A stretch of DNA of 64,000 nt. It comes from a virus. Made by a program: the position numbers and the translations under genes. Of this stretch, positions 54,069-64,000 are shown piece by piece (the stretch's first letter is position 1; the number at the start of each line of letters is the position of its first letter). The stretch is from the IMG/VR virus record IMGVR_UViG_3300009129_001478, positions 33,632 to 97,631 of that record; one strand, given 5' to 3'. The notes below the pieces were generated by a model. It was not told the origin of the DNA. It saw only the letters and a list, made by a program, of their open reading frames with translations, and ran no database searches.

Positions 54069-57000
54069 ATGCTATTACGATCAATTAAGAGTTTAGATTT
54101 TGGGTCCATCACTTTAGAGGTGAGCAGAAAAGAAGAAGATCCAAACGCCGTCAAAAGAATGGGTATTGTTAATACTTCTTTTGTGCAGGCTGCCTCTAGA
54201 ATCGCAGAAATGGATCAAGAATTAGAGGATCTAAGGATTAGAGTAGTAGCATCGTATAGTAAAAAATCATCACAACTTATAGATTTCACAACCCAGCGTA
54301 CCAACGAGTACCTACTCATGGACGAGTCAAATAGGGAATTCGGATTAAACTATCCCGCTGACCAATACATCAATTTTTTACGAGACAGTCTGGGTAATGC
54401 CAGCTATGTTCTAAATGAATCACAGCCAGTATCCCCATATTCTACCAAAAGATCACTGGTCCCAGAAATGTTTAGAAATAGATTTTCTAGCTCCAATACT
54501 CTAGACGGAACTGTATATTATGATGTTCCCCTAACACAAATCATGCCCCGAAACGAAGATGGGGAGATTATTCGGCGTTCTGCTGTGGGGACAAATGTGG
54601 CCACTATAGAAGGAGGATCATCTCAGCTTCTCACCAGCAATATAGGTCCGGGTGATGAGCCACCTGTTATGGAGGGACCTCAAGAAAATCGCGAGAACCC
54701 TGGCATGATCCAAGGACGACCGGGCGCACAATTAGAGGATGGGAGAGATTGGAGCGAGGTACATATCGCACTTGTTTCACGAGTAAGCACTCAGAATTTA
54801 CAGCGAGTCTATTTAGAGCCTATCGTTTTTGATTTGTCCGGTCTGACCGAGGGTGATCTAGATCAGCTAACATTCTATATGTTTATCTACGACTCCCAGT
54901 TCGCCGACGAGGGTGACAATTTTGAATTACCTGAGATTTCGTTGGTTACAGGGATGAGCCCTTCGCGAACCGCAACTGTCATTGGGGATAGATATTCCTG
55001 GCCAAGGATTACTCAGGCGCACCCATACAGAGGGCCAGGACCCCATCTTCGAAATGGTAATTATCGCGACGCAACAATCTCAATTGCCCCCCAGGCAACA
55101 ATCTTTCAGCGCATAGACCTAAGTCCCCAAGATGTTGTCATTGAGAGGGTAAATTCTATGTTTGATAGAGTTTATGGCTCTTTGTCCAGAACTATTCTAG
55201 ACGACAAGCCAGAAATAAAGAAGATCATCAAAAAGGACAACTTCTTTTCAGATTTGTGGATTTCTAAGGATAGTGACGAAAATAATCGCTTTATGTTTGC
55301 TTTTGATATAGAATCTTGTTTAGCTAAAAATAGCTATTTCCCATTTTTATACAGAAGTAAGAAAATATCTAACCAGTTGATCAACGGGATAGGTCTGATG
55401 AGAGGTCCAGACTCTGATCCTTCTAGAGTGTTCCAAATGAATGTAATTCGCCGCTTTGTATCCAAAGATGCATCACAGCCCATCAATGATTTGGGAACAT
55501 CGGGTAGAGCAGTAGAAACTGGACCGAATTCAACCTTCCCAGAAAAAGTTGTAGGGGAAGCGACTCCTGTAGAGGATATTTTCCTCACTCCGGAAAGAAC
55601 AGATACAAGAAGCAATAAGATTATATTTTTTGAAGGGAAAGACCAATTTTCAATATTCCAAAAATATGGCGGCAACAAAGGCGCTCAAATAAATGCAAAT
55701 TTCATTTATGGTGCTGAATATGTGGTTTATGATGCCGCTCCAATTTTTATGAGAAATATGATCCTATATCTTATGGAGAGGAAATCTATGGTCGCAGACA
55801 TTTTTGCCACTATCGTAAATTCTGTCCCAACTCCCAGAGGATATACGGGCGGTGTAGTGAATGATGGCAGAGATCTTTACAATCCAAAAAGACGCACCCT
55901 AAACGTACCTCTAAATAACATCAAGGGCAAAGTAGGCGGAAGAGTCCAAATGTTTGACCGGGCCCTTATTGTAGCCGCGGCAGAATACCAGCAACTGCTA
56001 GATGATTTGAATCCTTTCGCATTTGAAAACGCCAGAGTAAATGTTGCTGAGCTTTATCGCGATGAATTTACCAAGAACGGCGGACTTATTGATCCGCTAG
56101 TGATCAAGGACTTAGAGAAGCTAATGGATGTGGGTATTCAACTAATCTATAGAAAGCTGACAGAGATATTCCCAAATGACCCTCTCGGTCGTGGGCTAGC
56201 ACTTGATGAGGACTCAAAACTTCAGCGCAGAGGATTTTGCCAGCGTAAATTACCTTTAATTCAGGATAAAATTTTCTTTAACCAGCCAGTTCCGAAAGGA
56301 AAAGATTTGGGATATGGCACAGATTATGTCTTTGACCGCGAAAACAATAGAGGGCAGTTCGGACTTTCCAGAATTTCCCTAACAGAATATGAAGACCGCG
56401 TAAGATCAGAGTTTTCAAAATATTTCCAATCAGTTAACGAAGCGCCACTGGCACCCGTGGATTCTTATCTCTCTCCTGCCTACGCTTATATGACTTCACG
56501 AGTTATTCGTGTCCCTGAACGTAAGACCATGAATGTTCTTGCTGATTCCGCCAACAACTCTGGCATCACGGTGGTTCGCTATAATTTGAATAGATACGCT
56601 CAATTGTTTGCTGATATAGCAAACATGAGGTTTTTCATAGAAAATCGTCGTGTCAACCCAATGCCGGAAGATGATAATCCACAGCAGCCTAAGAACAATA
56701 TTCTTTATGATTCTGTCTTACAGGCACTAGAAGAACAACATTGTGTAGAGTTTAGTTCAACGCCAACACCTCAGTATAATCCCCCAAAGGTCATGACTGG
56801 AGAGTTTCCTCCCACAACAGAGGATGGCTCTTTTGTAGCGGGGTCATATATTTTTAGGAACGGACCTTTGGCTATTCCAAGCTTGATTGGCGGCGCTAAC
56901 AATACCGATCCCGCTGTTTTAACTTATCTAAGTAGTTCTGATGCATCACTCGCAAATACTTCTGAGGCTCAACAAAAGGGACAAATGGATAAAGATAGAG

Positions 57001-57926
57001 CGAGACGGGCGCTCATTGAGCGTCCAATCAAATTACCATTTGCAATTTTGGGCGAATTGACCGTTGACAGCGATATTGACTTACGGTTTAGGTACGAAGA
57101 TATACGCTTCAACTCTTTAAAAGAATTTCTCCACGCAACACATATTGAAGATAATAGTCTAAGATCTGTTCTCCAAGATACTTTTGTTTCCGGGCTACCT
57201 AATCAGGTCAAGAGTGCGATTATCGTTGCAGCCACCACACACCGGAATCGTTTTGGTAATGAAACAGTGCAGTTTGATGCTTGTCGTCCACTTTTATCAG
57301 ACAAAGATCCCGGCAACTCAACTCGCGAAGAGAATATGCTCATAAGCTTCTCTGAGAACTCACCTGATGAGCCTCCATTTCCATTCACTTACGATCCCAT
57401 GAAGATCTATGCTAAGTTCCTAACTTTCTGGATAAACTATAAACAAATAGCCATGATAGAATATTTGGACGGGTTCAACAACCTAACCCAAGAAGAAGAT
57501 TTTTCAACAGATGTTTTAACGGTGAGTAGTATTGATAATGTTCGGGTAGATAAAACAAAACTACCCGAGTGGCAACTCGTTTCTCAGGAAATCATGGCCG
57601 AGGCAGTCAAAGATGGGCAAAGCTTATTATGTCGTGTTAGACTTATGTCTCCACTTGACTACATTAAAATACTGAGCGGATATAAACAACCAGTCTTAGA
57701 TGTGGTTCAGGAATATTTTGAGCGCAAGGAGTCACTAGAGTTGCCAATGTATAATAAATACTTTTTGCTCGGACCACAAGAAGAAGTGGAACAACCGCGA
57801 GAAGATCCACCAGAAAAATATCCAGACTGGTATTTTGATGAAGCCACGGTACGAGGTGTAGAAACCGTACAGACGGATATCCCACTCTATGGATTTGTTG
57901 GGTCTAGTTATGGGGAGTCCAAGTAG
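54069..57926 (+). CDS. Large hypothetical virion protein (1285 aa)
   Basis: Uninterrupted ORF in the structural block. Confidence 0.75.
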   Translation: MLLRSIKSLDFGSITLEVSRKEEDPNAVKRMGIVNTSFVQAASRIAEMDQELEDLRIRVVASYSKKSSQLIDFTTQRTNEYLLMDESNREFGLNYPADQYINFLRDSLGNASYVLNESQPVSPYSTKRSLVPEMFRNRFSSSNTLDGTVYYDVPLTQIMPRNEDGEIIRRSAVGTNVATIEGGSSQLLTSNIGPGDEPPVMEGPQENRENPGMIQGRPGAQLEDGRDWSEVHIALVSRVSTQNLQRVYLEPIVFDLSGLTEGDLDQLTFYMFIYDSQFADEGDNFELPEISLVTGMSPSRTATVIGDRYSWPRITQAHPYRGPGPHLRNGNYRDATISIAPQATIFQRIDLSPQDVVIERVNSMFDRVYGSLSRTILDDKPEIKKIIKKDNFFSDLWISKDSDENNRFMFAFDIESCLAKNSYFPFLYRSKKISNQLINGIGLMRGPDSDPSRVFQMNVIRRFVSKDASQPINDLGTSGRAVETGPNSTFPEKVVGEATPVEDIFLTPERTDTRSNKIIFFEGKDQFSIFQKYGGNKGAQINANFIYGAEYVVYDAAPIFMRNMILYLMERKSMVADIFATIVNSVPTPRGYTGGVVNDGRDLYNPKRRTLNVPLNNIKGKVGGRVQMFDRALIVAAAEYQQLLDDLNPFAFENARVNVAELYRDEFTKNGGLIDPLVIKDLEKLMDVGIQLIYRKLTEIFPNDPLGRGLALDEDSKLQRRGFCQRKLPLIQDKIFFNQPVPKGKDLGYGTDYVFDRENNRGQFGLSRISLTEYEDRVRSEFSKYFQSVNEAPLAPVDSYLSPAYAYMTSRVIRVPERKTMNVLADSANNSGITVVRYNLNRYAQLFADIANMRFFIENRRVNPMPEDDNPQQPKNNILYDSVLQALEEQHCVEFSSTPTPQYNPPKVMTGEFPPTTEDGSFVAGSYIFRNGPLAIPSLIGGANNTDPAVLTYLSSSDASLANTSEAQQKGQMDKDRARRALIERPIKLPFAILGELTVDSDIDLRFRYEDIRFNSLKEFLHATHIEDNSLRSVLQDTFVSGLPNQVKSAIIVAATTHRNRFGNETVQFDACRPLLSDKDPGNSTREENMLISFSENSPDEPPFPFTYDPMKIYAKFLTFWINYKQIAMIEYLDGFNNLTQEEDFSTDVLTVSSIDNVRVDKTKLPEWQLVSQEIMAEAVKDGQSLLCRVRLMSPLDYIKILSGYKQPVLDVVQEYFERKESLELPMYNKYFLLGPQEEVEQPREDPPEKYPDWYFDEATVRGVETVQTDIPLYGFVGSSYGESK

Positions 57927-57929
57927 AAA

Positions 57930-58841
57930 ATGTCTTTCAAGAGAAAAATAAATGTTGCAACACCTGGCAATGCCCGCGATCCTCTTCGGAGGTTTTATAA
58001 TCGCAAGGGATATATAAAACCCCTTCGCGAAGATCCTTCCCTGGAAGCATCGGCTGAAGATCATGGGAGCAAAGTCCGCTGGTCTTTGGGGGGCTGGGAA
58101 CAAAATTTAGATTTACCTAAACTCGCGACCCAAAAACAAATGGACGATTGGCTTTCTGCCTATAAACAGGACACCACCGCCCAGAGACATGGTTGGCTTG
58201 AAGAGATTCGTTCAAACGATTATCTTTCTGGTGACGGGATGGGAGGAATTATTAGCCTGCCCAATGTTTTTTCCAAGCTGAGGATTGACAGCCTGGATCG
58301 CATATTGAGAGAGTCTGGGGATCTAATTAGTGCCCGACTCTCTTCTATGGACGTGTTTCATGCCGGCGAGCCCACAGAAGAAGCTGTCAGTTTTTATAGC
58401 TCCATTCTTGCCACTGCAAAAATAGACGCGCCCTTGTATGTACATGCTGCCAATATGCTCATGCCCGACCAGAGGAGGTCCGAATTTCAGTCCAATATTA
58501 TAGAGCTTGAAACAGAGGTTGCCGCACAACAGCGTAGACTTGAAGCTGCCCAAGATGATATAGCCGAGTCCCTTGATCGCGACCAGACGGTATCCCAAGC
58601 ACGCTATGATTTTGTCGCAAGTTTAGAGCGCAGAATTACAGAACTAGAGAGAGAAATTGCAGCAAACCGATCGCAAATTGCTGCGATAAACCCCCAAGCT
58701 TTTCCGACTTTGGATGTGTCTTTTAGGTTTGGTACACTTTATTTATATGCTGGATTAGGTGCGGAAATCTTAGCAGACAAAATAGCTCTTTATAATGCAG
58801 TTAGGAACGTTCTAGGCACTGAAACAATCTTGAACTTTTAA
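57930..58841 (+). CDS. Hypothetical virion protein, N-terminal part (coiled coil; ends at an in-frame TAA)
   Basis: Frame continues after TAA 58839-58841 into ORF 58941. Confidence 0.65.
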   Translation: MSFKRKINVATPGNARDPLRRFYNRKGYIKPLREDPSLEASAEDHGSKVRWSLGGWEQNLDLPKLATQKQMDDWLSAYKQDTTAQRHGWLEEIRSNDYLSGDGMGGIISLPNVFSKLRIDSLDRILRESGDLISARLSSMDVFHAGEPTEEAVSFYSSILATAKIDAPLYVHAANMLMPDQRRSEFQSNIIELETEVAAQQRRLEAAQDDIAESLDRDQTVSQARYDFVASLERRITELEREIAANRSQIAAINPQAFPTLDVSFRFGTLYLYAGLGAEILADKIALYNAVRNVLGTETILNF

Positions 58842-58940
58842 CATTTTACTCCGGAACATAAACGCACAACATATGAAGCCGTCAAATTCACAATAGAAAC
58901 ACCATATGTCACAAGAACCGAGATCTACCCCTTTCTAGAG

Positions 58941-61040
58941 TTGAACGCAGGACTCAAAAATGAACAGGGCATTTCCAGAATAAATCCAGAGTACCTTTTT
59001 TATGATGAGAATTTTGAAAAAGCCATCAGCGGATCTAACCTTCCAGAGAATGTACAGCCCAGCATGTATATTTATGATCTCTCTACCTCTGCCATAACTG
59101 ATAATGAGGGGTTGACAGTCAGTCCGGGCTGGCAAGGCGACCCATCTGTTGGGAATAAACTACAATATTGGTATTCGTGGCTAATGCGCCTCGCGGGAAA
59201 TATCCCCATTAATCAAAATCTTTTGAACGATACGAGTTTGCGAGATTATCTGGATTCTTTTGCTCACGAAGCAACTTGCAACCTTACGGAACAACAAAAA
59301 AGTATAATCAACCGCATGTACCGAACAATAATGGTTCCCGCCACAGAGATGGATACGTTAAATAAGATGGAAGAAAAGAAGCGATTCTTTCCGATGTATT
59401 TGGAAACCTCTTTTGCAACTTCGCCGCAGGGTGATGTTGGGGAGATCATTGAAAAGAATAAAACAAGTTCCCCCGTTTTGGAATACCTACATGCCGGCTC
59501 CGGCAGAGACAAGGTTTATGAAATCCGAGCAGATTATCTTATTGGCGACTTTATAGATTTTCCAGACGACGATATGTTCAAAAATGTTTATCTATCAAAA
59601 CCTCTTAGGGTAACAGAGCTTTATGAAGCTTTGAATTATGGATCCCATAGAGAGGTCATTGATTCTTTGGTTATATCCGCTCATGGACTGGAGCCTGTCA
59701 CGAGAGAAGAACTAACAGTCGCTCAAGATGCGAATCGTGCTCGTGCATTTATAAATGTTCGTTCCGCGCTGTCCTCAAGGGCCAAAAAATACTTCAGCTA
59801 CCTGGGCAGAAAAACTGAATCACCCTCTGAGGCTCTAGGATATAGGCTAACCAAGCGCGACGAGGAAGGGACAAAGATACAAGATATTATCTTTGGAAAT
59901 TCAGGAGAAACAAAAACTATAAATTATGTTGACACTCAAGTCAAATATGATAAAAAATACCAATATGAGTTGAGTGAGTTCCGTCTTGCGGTCGGAACAG
60001 AATATGAATTATTCGTAGTTGACGCTCGCGAGCCACGCGAATTAAGAACACTTAATCGCGACGAGATACCAGACACCTTACCGCCGCAACAGGTTTTTTA
60101 TGATATTGTTTCTATTGAAAAACCCACAACTCAAGTGATAGAAGTTCCAATTTATGGATCATTTTATGAGATACCAGAATTTCCAGGCATGGAAAAAGGA
60201 TCGGATTATCCTCTGGCTAACATCATGTCTCATCCTCCTACAGCCCCAGATCTTCAGGTCCTACCTTTGTTGGATAATTTTCGGGAAATTAAATTAAACA
60301 CACAACTTAGTACCGGGGAATATGTGGGCAGTCAAGCCCTCAAGGTCATAAATGTTGGACAAAATGAAGAAAAACTTCAAGCACTTTATGAATACCAAAA
60401 ACAGTTTGAAAACTATGGACTAAAGCCAGGTCACCTAGAATATAAAAACGAAGGCGTAGAAGAAATACAAAAGGTAATATTACTCAGGTCAACGGGTCTA
60501 AATTTTGCGGCTCCAAGTTATGATGACCTATACGCTTCATTTACCATGGGGGAAGAGAGAGTGTTGTCTTTAAATCCCGTAGGTGATGAGGAAGAGGTTG
60601 TTTCATTTGATGTACTAGACACTTTAGAAACTAACGTGTATTATTATTATACTTGTTATGTGGAAGATGTTCATGGTAACCCATCATTGCCGGCTCCTAT
60701 TTATAGAGTGAGACTGGTATATGAAAAAGGCTTGTTCGTTCCTGAAATTGAACTCTTTCAATATAAGCCTATCTCTACGAAAGCTCCGAGCAGGAGATTT
60801 TCTAGATTTATTCGCATTGGAGCATCCGACATTCAAACTTTCCCTTTCTTTGATCTAGGTCCTGACGGCGATATGCAGGGTACAAAAAACCTAGCATCAG
60901 TACAAGGATCTACTGTTACCGGCAACAGTTTTGTCTTCCGTTTAACGTCGCGAGACACGGGTCGGAAGTTTGATATAAAGCTCACCTTCAATGAAAAAGT
61001 ATTAGAGGAAGACGATGAAAATACATTGTGTAATGAATAA
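58941..61040 (+). CDS. Hypothetical virion protein, C-terminal part (Fn3-like YVDTQVKYDKKYQY and NVYYYY segments)
   Basis: In frame with 57930-58841; TTG start with no RBS. Confidence 0.65.
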   Translation: MNAGLKNEQGISRINPEYLFYDENFEKAISGSNLPENVQPSMYIYDLSTSAITDNEGLTVSPGWQGDPSVGNKLQYWYSWLMRLAGNIPINQNLLNDTSLRDYLDSFAHEATCNLTEQQKSIINRMYRTIMVPATEMDTLNKMEEKKRFFPMYLETSFATSPQGDVGEIIEKNKTSSPVLEYLHAGSGRDKVYEIRADYLIGDFIDFPDDDMFKNVYLSKPLRVTELYEALNYGSHREVIDSLVISAHGLEPVTREELTVAQDANRARAFINVRSALSSRAKKYFSYLGRKTESPSEALGYRLTKRDEEGTKIQDIIFGNSGETKTINYVDTQVKYDKKYQYELSEFRLAVGTEYELFVVDAREPRELRTLNRDEIPDTLPPQQVFYDIVSIEKPTTQVIEVPIYGSFYEIPEFPGMEKGSDYPLANIMSHPPTAPDLQVLPLLDNFREIKLNTQLSTGEYVGSQALKVINVGQNEEKLQALYEYQKQFENYGLKPGHLEYKNEGVEEIQKVILLRSTGLNFAAPSYDDLYASFTMGEERVLSLNPVGDEEEVVSFDVLDTLETNVYYYYTCYVEDVHGNPSLPAPIYRVRLVYEKGLFVPEIELFQYKPISTKAPSRRFSRFIRIGASDIQTFPFFDLGPDGDMQGTKNLASVQGSTVTGNSFVFRLTSRDTGRKFDIKLTFNEKVLEEDDENTLCNE

Positions 61041-61110
61041 GAAAATTATTTTTGATAAAACGAGACTACTTAAGAAGAACTGCGCATGTGGTTTATAAAG
61101 AGGAAAAGTT

Positions 61111-62073
61111 ATGGCATTTTTAGACAATAGCGGCGATATCATATTAGACGCTGTTTTGACAGACGCAGGCAGAAAGCGGCTTGCAGCCGGCGATGGCAGT
61201 TTCAAAATTTCCAAGTTTGCTTTTGGTGATGATGAGGTTGACTATGCGCTGTATACACCAGTAACGTCTTCCGGGTACGAAGATCTAAGAATTCTTCAGC
61301 TTCCCGTATTTGAAGCATTTACAAATAACACGAGCGTTTTGAAGAATAAGCTTTTGACTTATGCTGACAACTCTCTTTTGTATTTGCCCGTTATTAAGCT
61401 AAATAATCTTCCGGCACTTGGCGCGCCAGACCTTACTGCTGGTGGGTACAATGTTGCCGTAGATGCAACCACCTACGCAGCTATTGACACCCCCAATCCC
61501 GCGGCTTTTAGTTCTGGAGGCTTCAGGGCTGCTCAAGATGGAGCCACTCCGGATAATTCAAAGCTTGTGTTTGATCAGGGTATAGACAGTGCAGATTTGA
61601 CTTTAGCAACTCTCGCAGACACCCAAAGAAACCTAATGGAAACTCAGTATATTATTGAAGTTGACAACCGGCTCCTTAAGTTAGCTACCACTGACGGCAC
61701 TGTAGCTACTCCAACATTTATTGATGACGATAGTGTGGCTAGTTATTATTTCTCAATGAATTCTAATGAAGATTACTTTGAGGACTTTATAATACAACAA
61801 ACAAATGATGGACCACGAAGCCCAGGTAAAGTAATTGGACCAACTGATACGACAGGAAGAATTGGCAGCCGCCTGAGTTTCCGCCTGAAAGCATCACTTG
61901 ACCTACAGGTCAACACTGCTTTATTTACAGAGCTTGGCTCAACCGGATTAGTCAACCCTGGCGCTGGCGATCTCCCTTTTAGAATGATTGATACGGTCAT
62001 TAGGATTACCGGATTCACAACCGGCTACCGTACCGATGTAGCTTTGAAACTACTGAAATCCTATACACCATAA
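61111..62073 (+). CDS. Conserved large-phage structural protein
   Basis: MAFLDNSGDIILDAVLTDAGRKRLA...KFAFGDDEVDY...PVFEAF; AGAGG RBS and late motif upstream. Confidence 0.75.
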   Translation: MAFLDNSGDIILDAVLTDAGRKRLAAGDGSFKISKFAFGDDEVDYALYTPVTSSGYEDLRILQLPVFEAFTNNTSVLKNKLLTYADNSLLYLPVIKLNNLPALGAPDLTAGGYNVAVDATTYAAIDTPNPAAFSSGGFRAAQDGATPDNSKLVFDQGIDSADLTLATLADTQRNLMETQYIIEVDNRLLKLATTDGTVATPTFIDDDSVASYYFSMNSNEDYFEDFIIQQTNDGPRSPGKVIGPTDTTGRIGSRLSFRLKASLDLQVNTALFTELGSTGLVNPGAGDLPFRMIDTVIRITGFTTGYRTDVALKLLKSYTP

Positions 62074-62086
62074 GAAGGAATAACAA

Positions 62087-63163
62087 ATGGCAACGAGTTT
62101 TAAGACATTACTAAGCACAGACGTTCTTCAGAACCGAACAAAGCTTCACGAGGCAATCCCCCTTACGGGAACGATTTTGTCCGGCACTTATGGTACTTTC
62201 GGCGCAGAGAGAAACGTAAAGAACTATTCTCATGGAATGTTCCAATCAGTTTATGACTATCCTTATCTAAGTTCATCCGCAAACCACATTCTAGATTTGA
62301 CTGTTGGTTTATATTCTGGATTGGCTGCCGGTTCGGTGGTGGGGGCCACACAGCTAAACCAGAAAAATGACATTTATAATGAAATGGCTCAAATGCTATG
62401 CGGCTATGACTCAAACGGAAATATCTTGAGGTTTGATGTTTCTGGTGCCTTTGGTACTGCCGATGCATCTACCAGAATGAATGTTGTGTATTTTGTCAAC
62501 TTTGCCAGACTTCTCACAAAAGACGAAATTCAAAAAGTGTCAGGCGGTGGATTCTCGCTAATCTTAAACGCTGGCAGCGGCTTGACTCCCGCTACTGTTG
62601 GTAACGAACTGGTCACACTAACTGATACTAATGCAACCAACGCATTGACAAATTCACCAGCAGGTGAATATAATGTCTTATGGGCTGCCTCTAGTGATGG
62701 CACGCCAACAGGCGTTGCTGCTGGGTTGGTATTCTACCAAGCTGGTATTGCTGTTGTGAGTTCCTCTGTGTTCAGTGCTCCAATTGCTGCCGGCACAAGA
62801 CCCATGAACCCTGCTTCTGATACTGCTGATGAACTCATAGTAACTGGTGCAATCAGTGCAAGTTGCGATGCCTTCCGTCGCAGAGTTCGCAATGTTAGCT
62901 TCAACAACACGACCGAACTAAACTCAACAATTTACTTCTGCCGTGCAGGGTCAAATGAATTCAACTACAGCAGCAACCCAACATATTTGAACGCCAGCAA
63001 AATCCGAGTCAAGGATGTAAGCACAGACGATCCAGTCTCTTATATTACGACTGTCGGTCTCTATGGGGCAAACAACGAGTTGTTGGCTGTCGGCAAATTG
63101 AGTGAACCTCTTAAGAAGACACCCGCAGACGAGTATACACTTAGGGTTAGACTAGACTACTAA
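62087..63163 (+). CDS. Baseplate/tail-fibre-attachment-like structural protein
   Basis: YFCRA..NEFNYSSNPT...YITTVGLY..NNELLAVGKLSEPLKK...RVRLDY. Confidence 0.7.
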   Translation: MATSFKTLLSTDVLQNRTKLHEAIPLTGTILSGTYGTFGAERNVKNYSHGMFQSVYDYPYLSSSANHILDLTVGLYSGLAAGSVVGATQLNQKNDIYNEMAQMLCGYDSNGNILRFDVSGAFGTADASTRMNVVYFVNFARLLTKDEIQKVSGGGFSLILNAGSGLTPATVGNELVTLTDTNATNALTNSPAGEYNVLWAASSDGTPTGVAAGLVFYQAGIAVVSSSVFSAPIAAGTRPMNPASDTADELIVTGAISASCDAFRRRVRNVSFNNTTELNSTIYFCRAGSNEFNYSSNPTYLNASKIRVKDVSTDDPVSYITTVGLYGANNELLAVGKLSEPLKKTPADEYTLRVRLDY

Positions 63164-63174
63164 CAGGAGGTTAT

Positions 63175-64000
63175 ATGTCATACCTCCATAAATTCGGTAG
63201 AGACGATATATTCATGAATCGGATGATTGCTCGTCCGGAATATGAGTTTGTTCTTTACAGCGGATCAGCTTATATTAATAATGACCGCAACATGGGGAGA
63301 AACATCCCCACGGGCTCCATTAGTTTATACGAATACAACGTTGACCGAGATGGTACGATTCAGCAGCTAATTTACCCATTTGTTATTAAGGATGGGTTTT
63401 GGCTAGCATTTCCCAATGTAACAACGGCGTCTTATGAGACTAGGGATTTTGGTGAGATGATAACGGGTTCATATCCCCTGACTGCTTCCATCACCCGCCA
63501 GTACTTTCACTCTACAACAGATCCATTTCCAGCGGGAACAGAAGCTGAGAAAGACGCTTTCATCACCAACCGCAAAAAATTAGTAGCTTTGCAAAATACA
63601 ATGAACTATTATCGTTATATCAGCAACAGCTATGAATACAGCCAAACATATGATTACGGCGTTGTCAACATGATTGAGATACCGTCCATATTCTTTGACT
63701 CAGGAATTGAGAAAGGGTCAGTTAGTCTTAAATTCTATTATACTGGCTCGTTGATGGACGAAGCAAAAGACTTACGTCAAAATGGCGAGCTTATTTCAAC
63801 CATGGGCGCTACAAGCGGGTCAATTATTGGCGTGGTTTTGTACAACGAGGGCTTTATCCTATTAACTTCTTCCACAAACATTAACACGACTTCATTTGAT
63901 GATTATCTTGGTACGACAAACTCTACCACTAATGTCAATCCCAGGTGGACATATTTTGGTGGCTATTTGGCAACAAGTAGTGCCGGCGGATTCCCCACTG
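63175..64000 (+). CDS. Structural protein (3'-truncated by window edge)
   Basis: AGGAGG RBS; MSYLHKFGRDDIF...IPSIFFDSGIEKGSV...GVVLYNEGFILL; open to the window end. Confidence 0.75.
   Translation, partial: MSYLHKFGRDDIFMNRMIARPEYEFVLYSGSAYINNDRNMGRNIPTGSISLYEYNVDRDGTIQQLIYPFVIKDGFWLAFPNVTTASYETRDFGEMITGSYPLTASITRQYFHSTTDPFPAGTEAEKDAFITNRKKLVALQNTMNYYRYISNSYEYSQTYDYGVVNMIEIPSIFFDSGIEKGSVSLKFYYTGSLMDEAKDLRQNGELISTMGATSGSIIGVVLYNEGFILLTSSTNINTTSFDDYLGTTNSTTNVNPRWTYFGGYLATSSAGGFPT

Overview
64 kb of a large (jumbo/huge) contractile-tailed dsDNA bacteriophage genome. It is AT-rich, uses genetic code 11, is almost entirely + strand, and has Shine-Dalgarno sites and sigma70-type promoters. 1-10 kb: auxiliary/host-takeover genes (SpoVR, PrkA/YeaG AAA kinase, cysteine synthase, eukaryote-type phosphomannomutase, small early genes, LysM lipoprotein), TilS, a putative restriction-modification pair, six tRNAs and some unexplained structured RNAs. 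10-23 kb: Ala-rich repeat protein, J-domain protein, a myxobacterial-style Cys-repeat/vWA lipoprotein, trypsin-like protease, a 1100-aa ligase-like/nuclease-like/HxGH-nucleotidyltransferase fusion, a tmRNA, PIN-PhoH, a zincin-like peptidase and a Cas4/RecB-like nuclease. 23.5-30.3 kb: five glycosyltransferases and a late-type sigma factor. 30.3-64 kb: baseplate/tail morphogenesis genes (M23 peptidase, spike-like protein, gp25, gp6 and several very large virion proteins). Most notable: (i) a 142-codon protein module inserted in frame at four separate sites (plus a divergent fifth copy) in two baseplate-region proteins, behaving like a mobile domain; (ii) single in-frame stops that split two giant structural ORFs; (iii) a tmRNA whose tag frame appears reduced to Ala-Ala-stop; (iv) a putative protease-processed multi-enzyme polyprotein; (v) a phage-borne SpoVR-PrkA module. 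All functional calls come from motif recognition by eye; no database searches were run.
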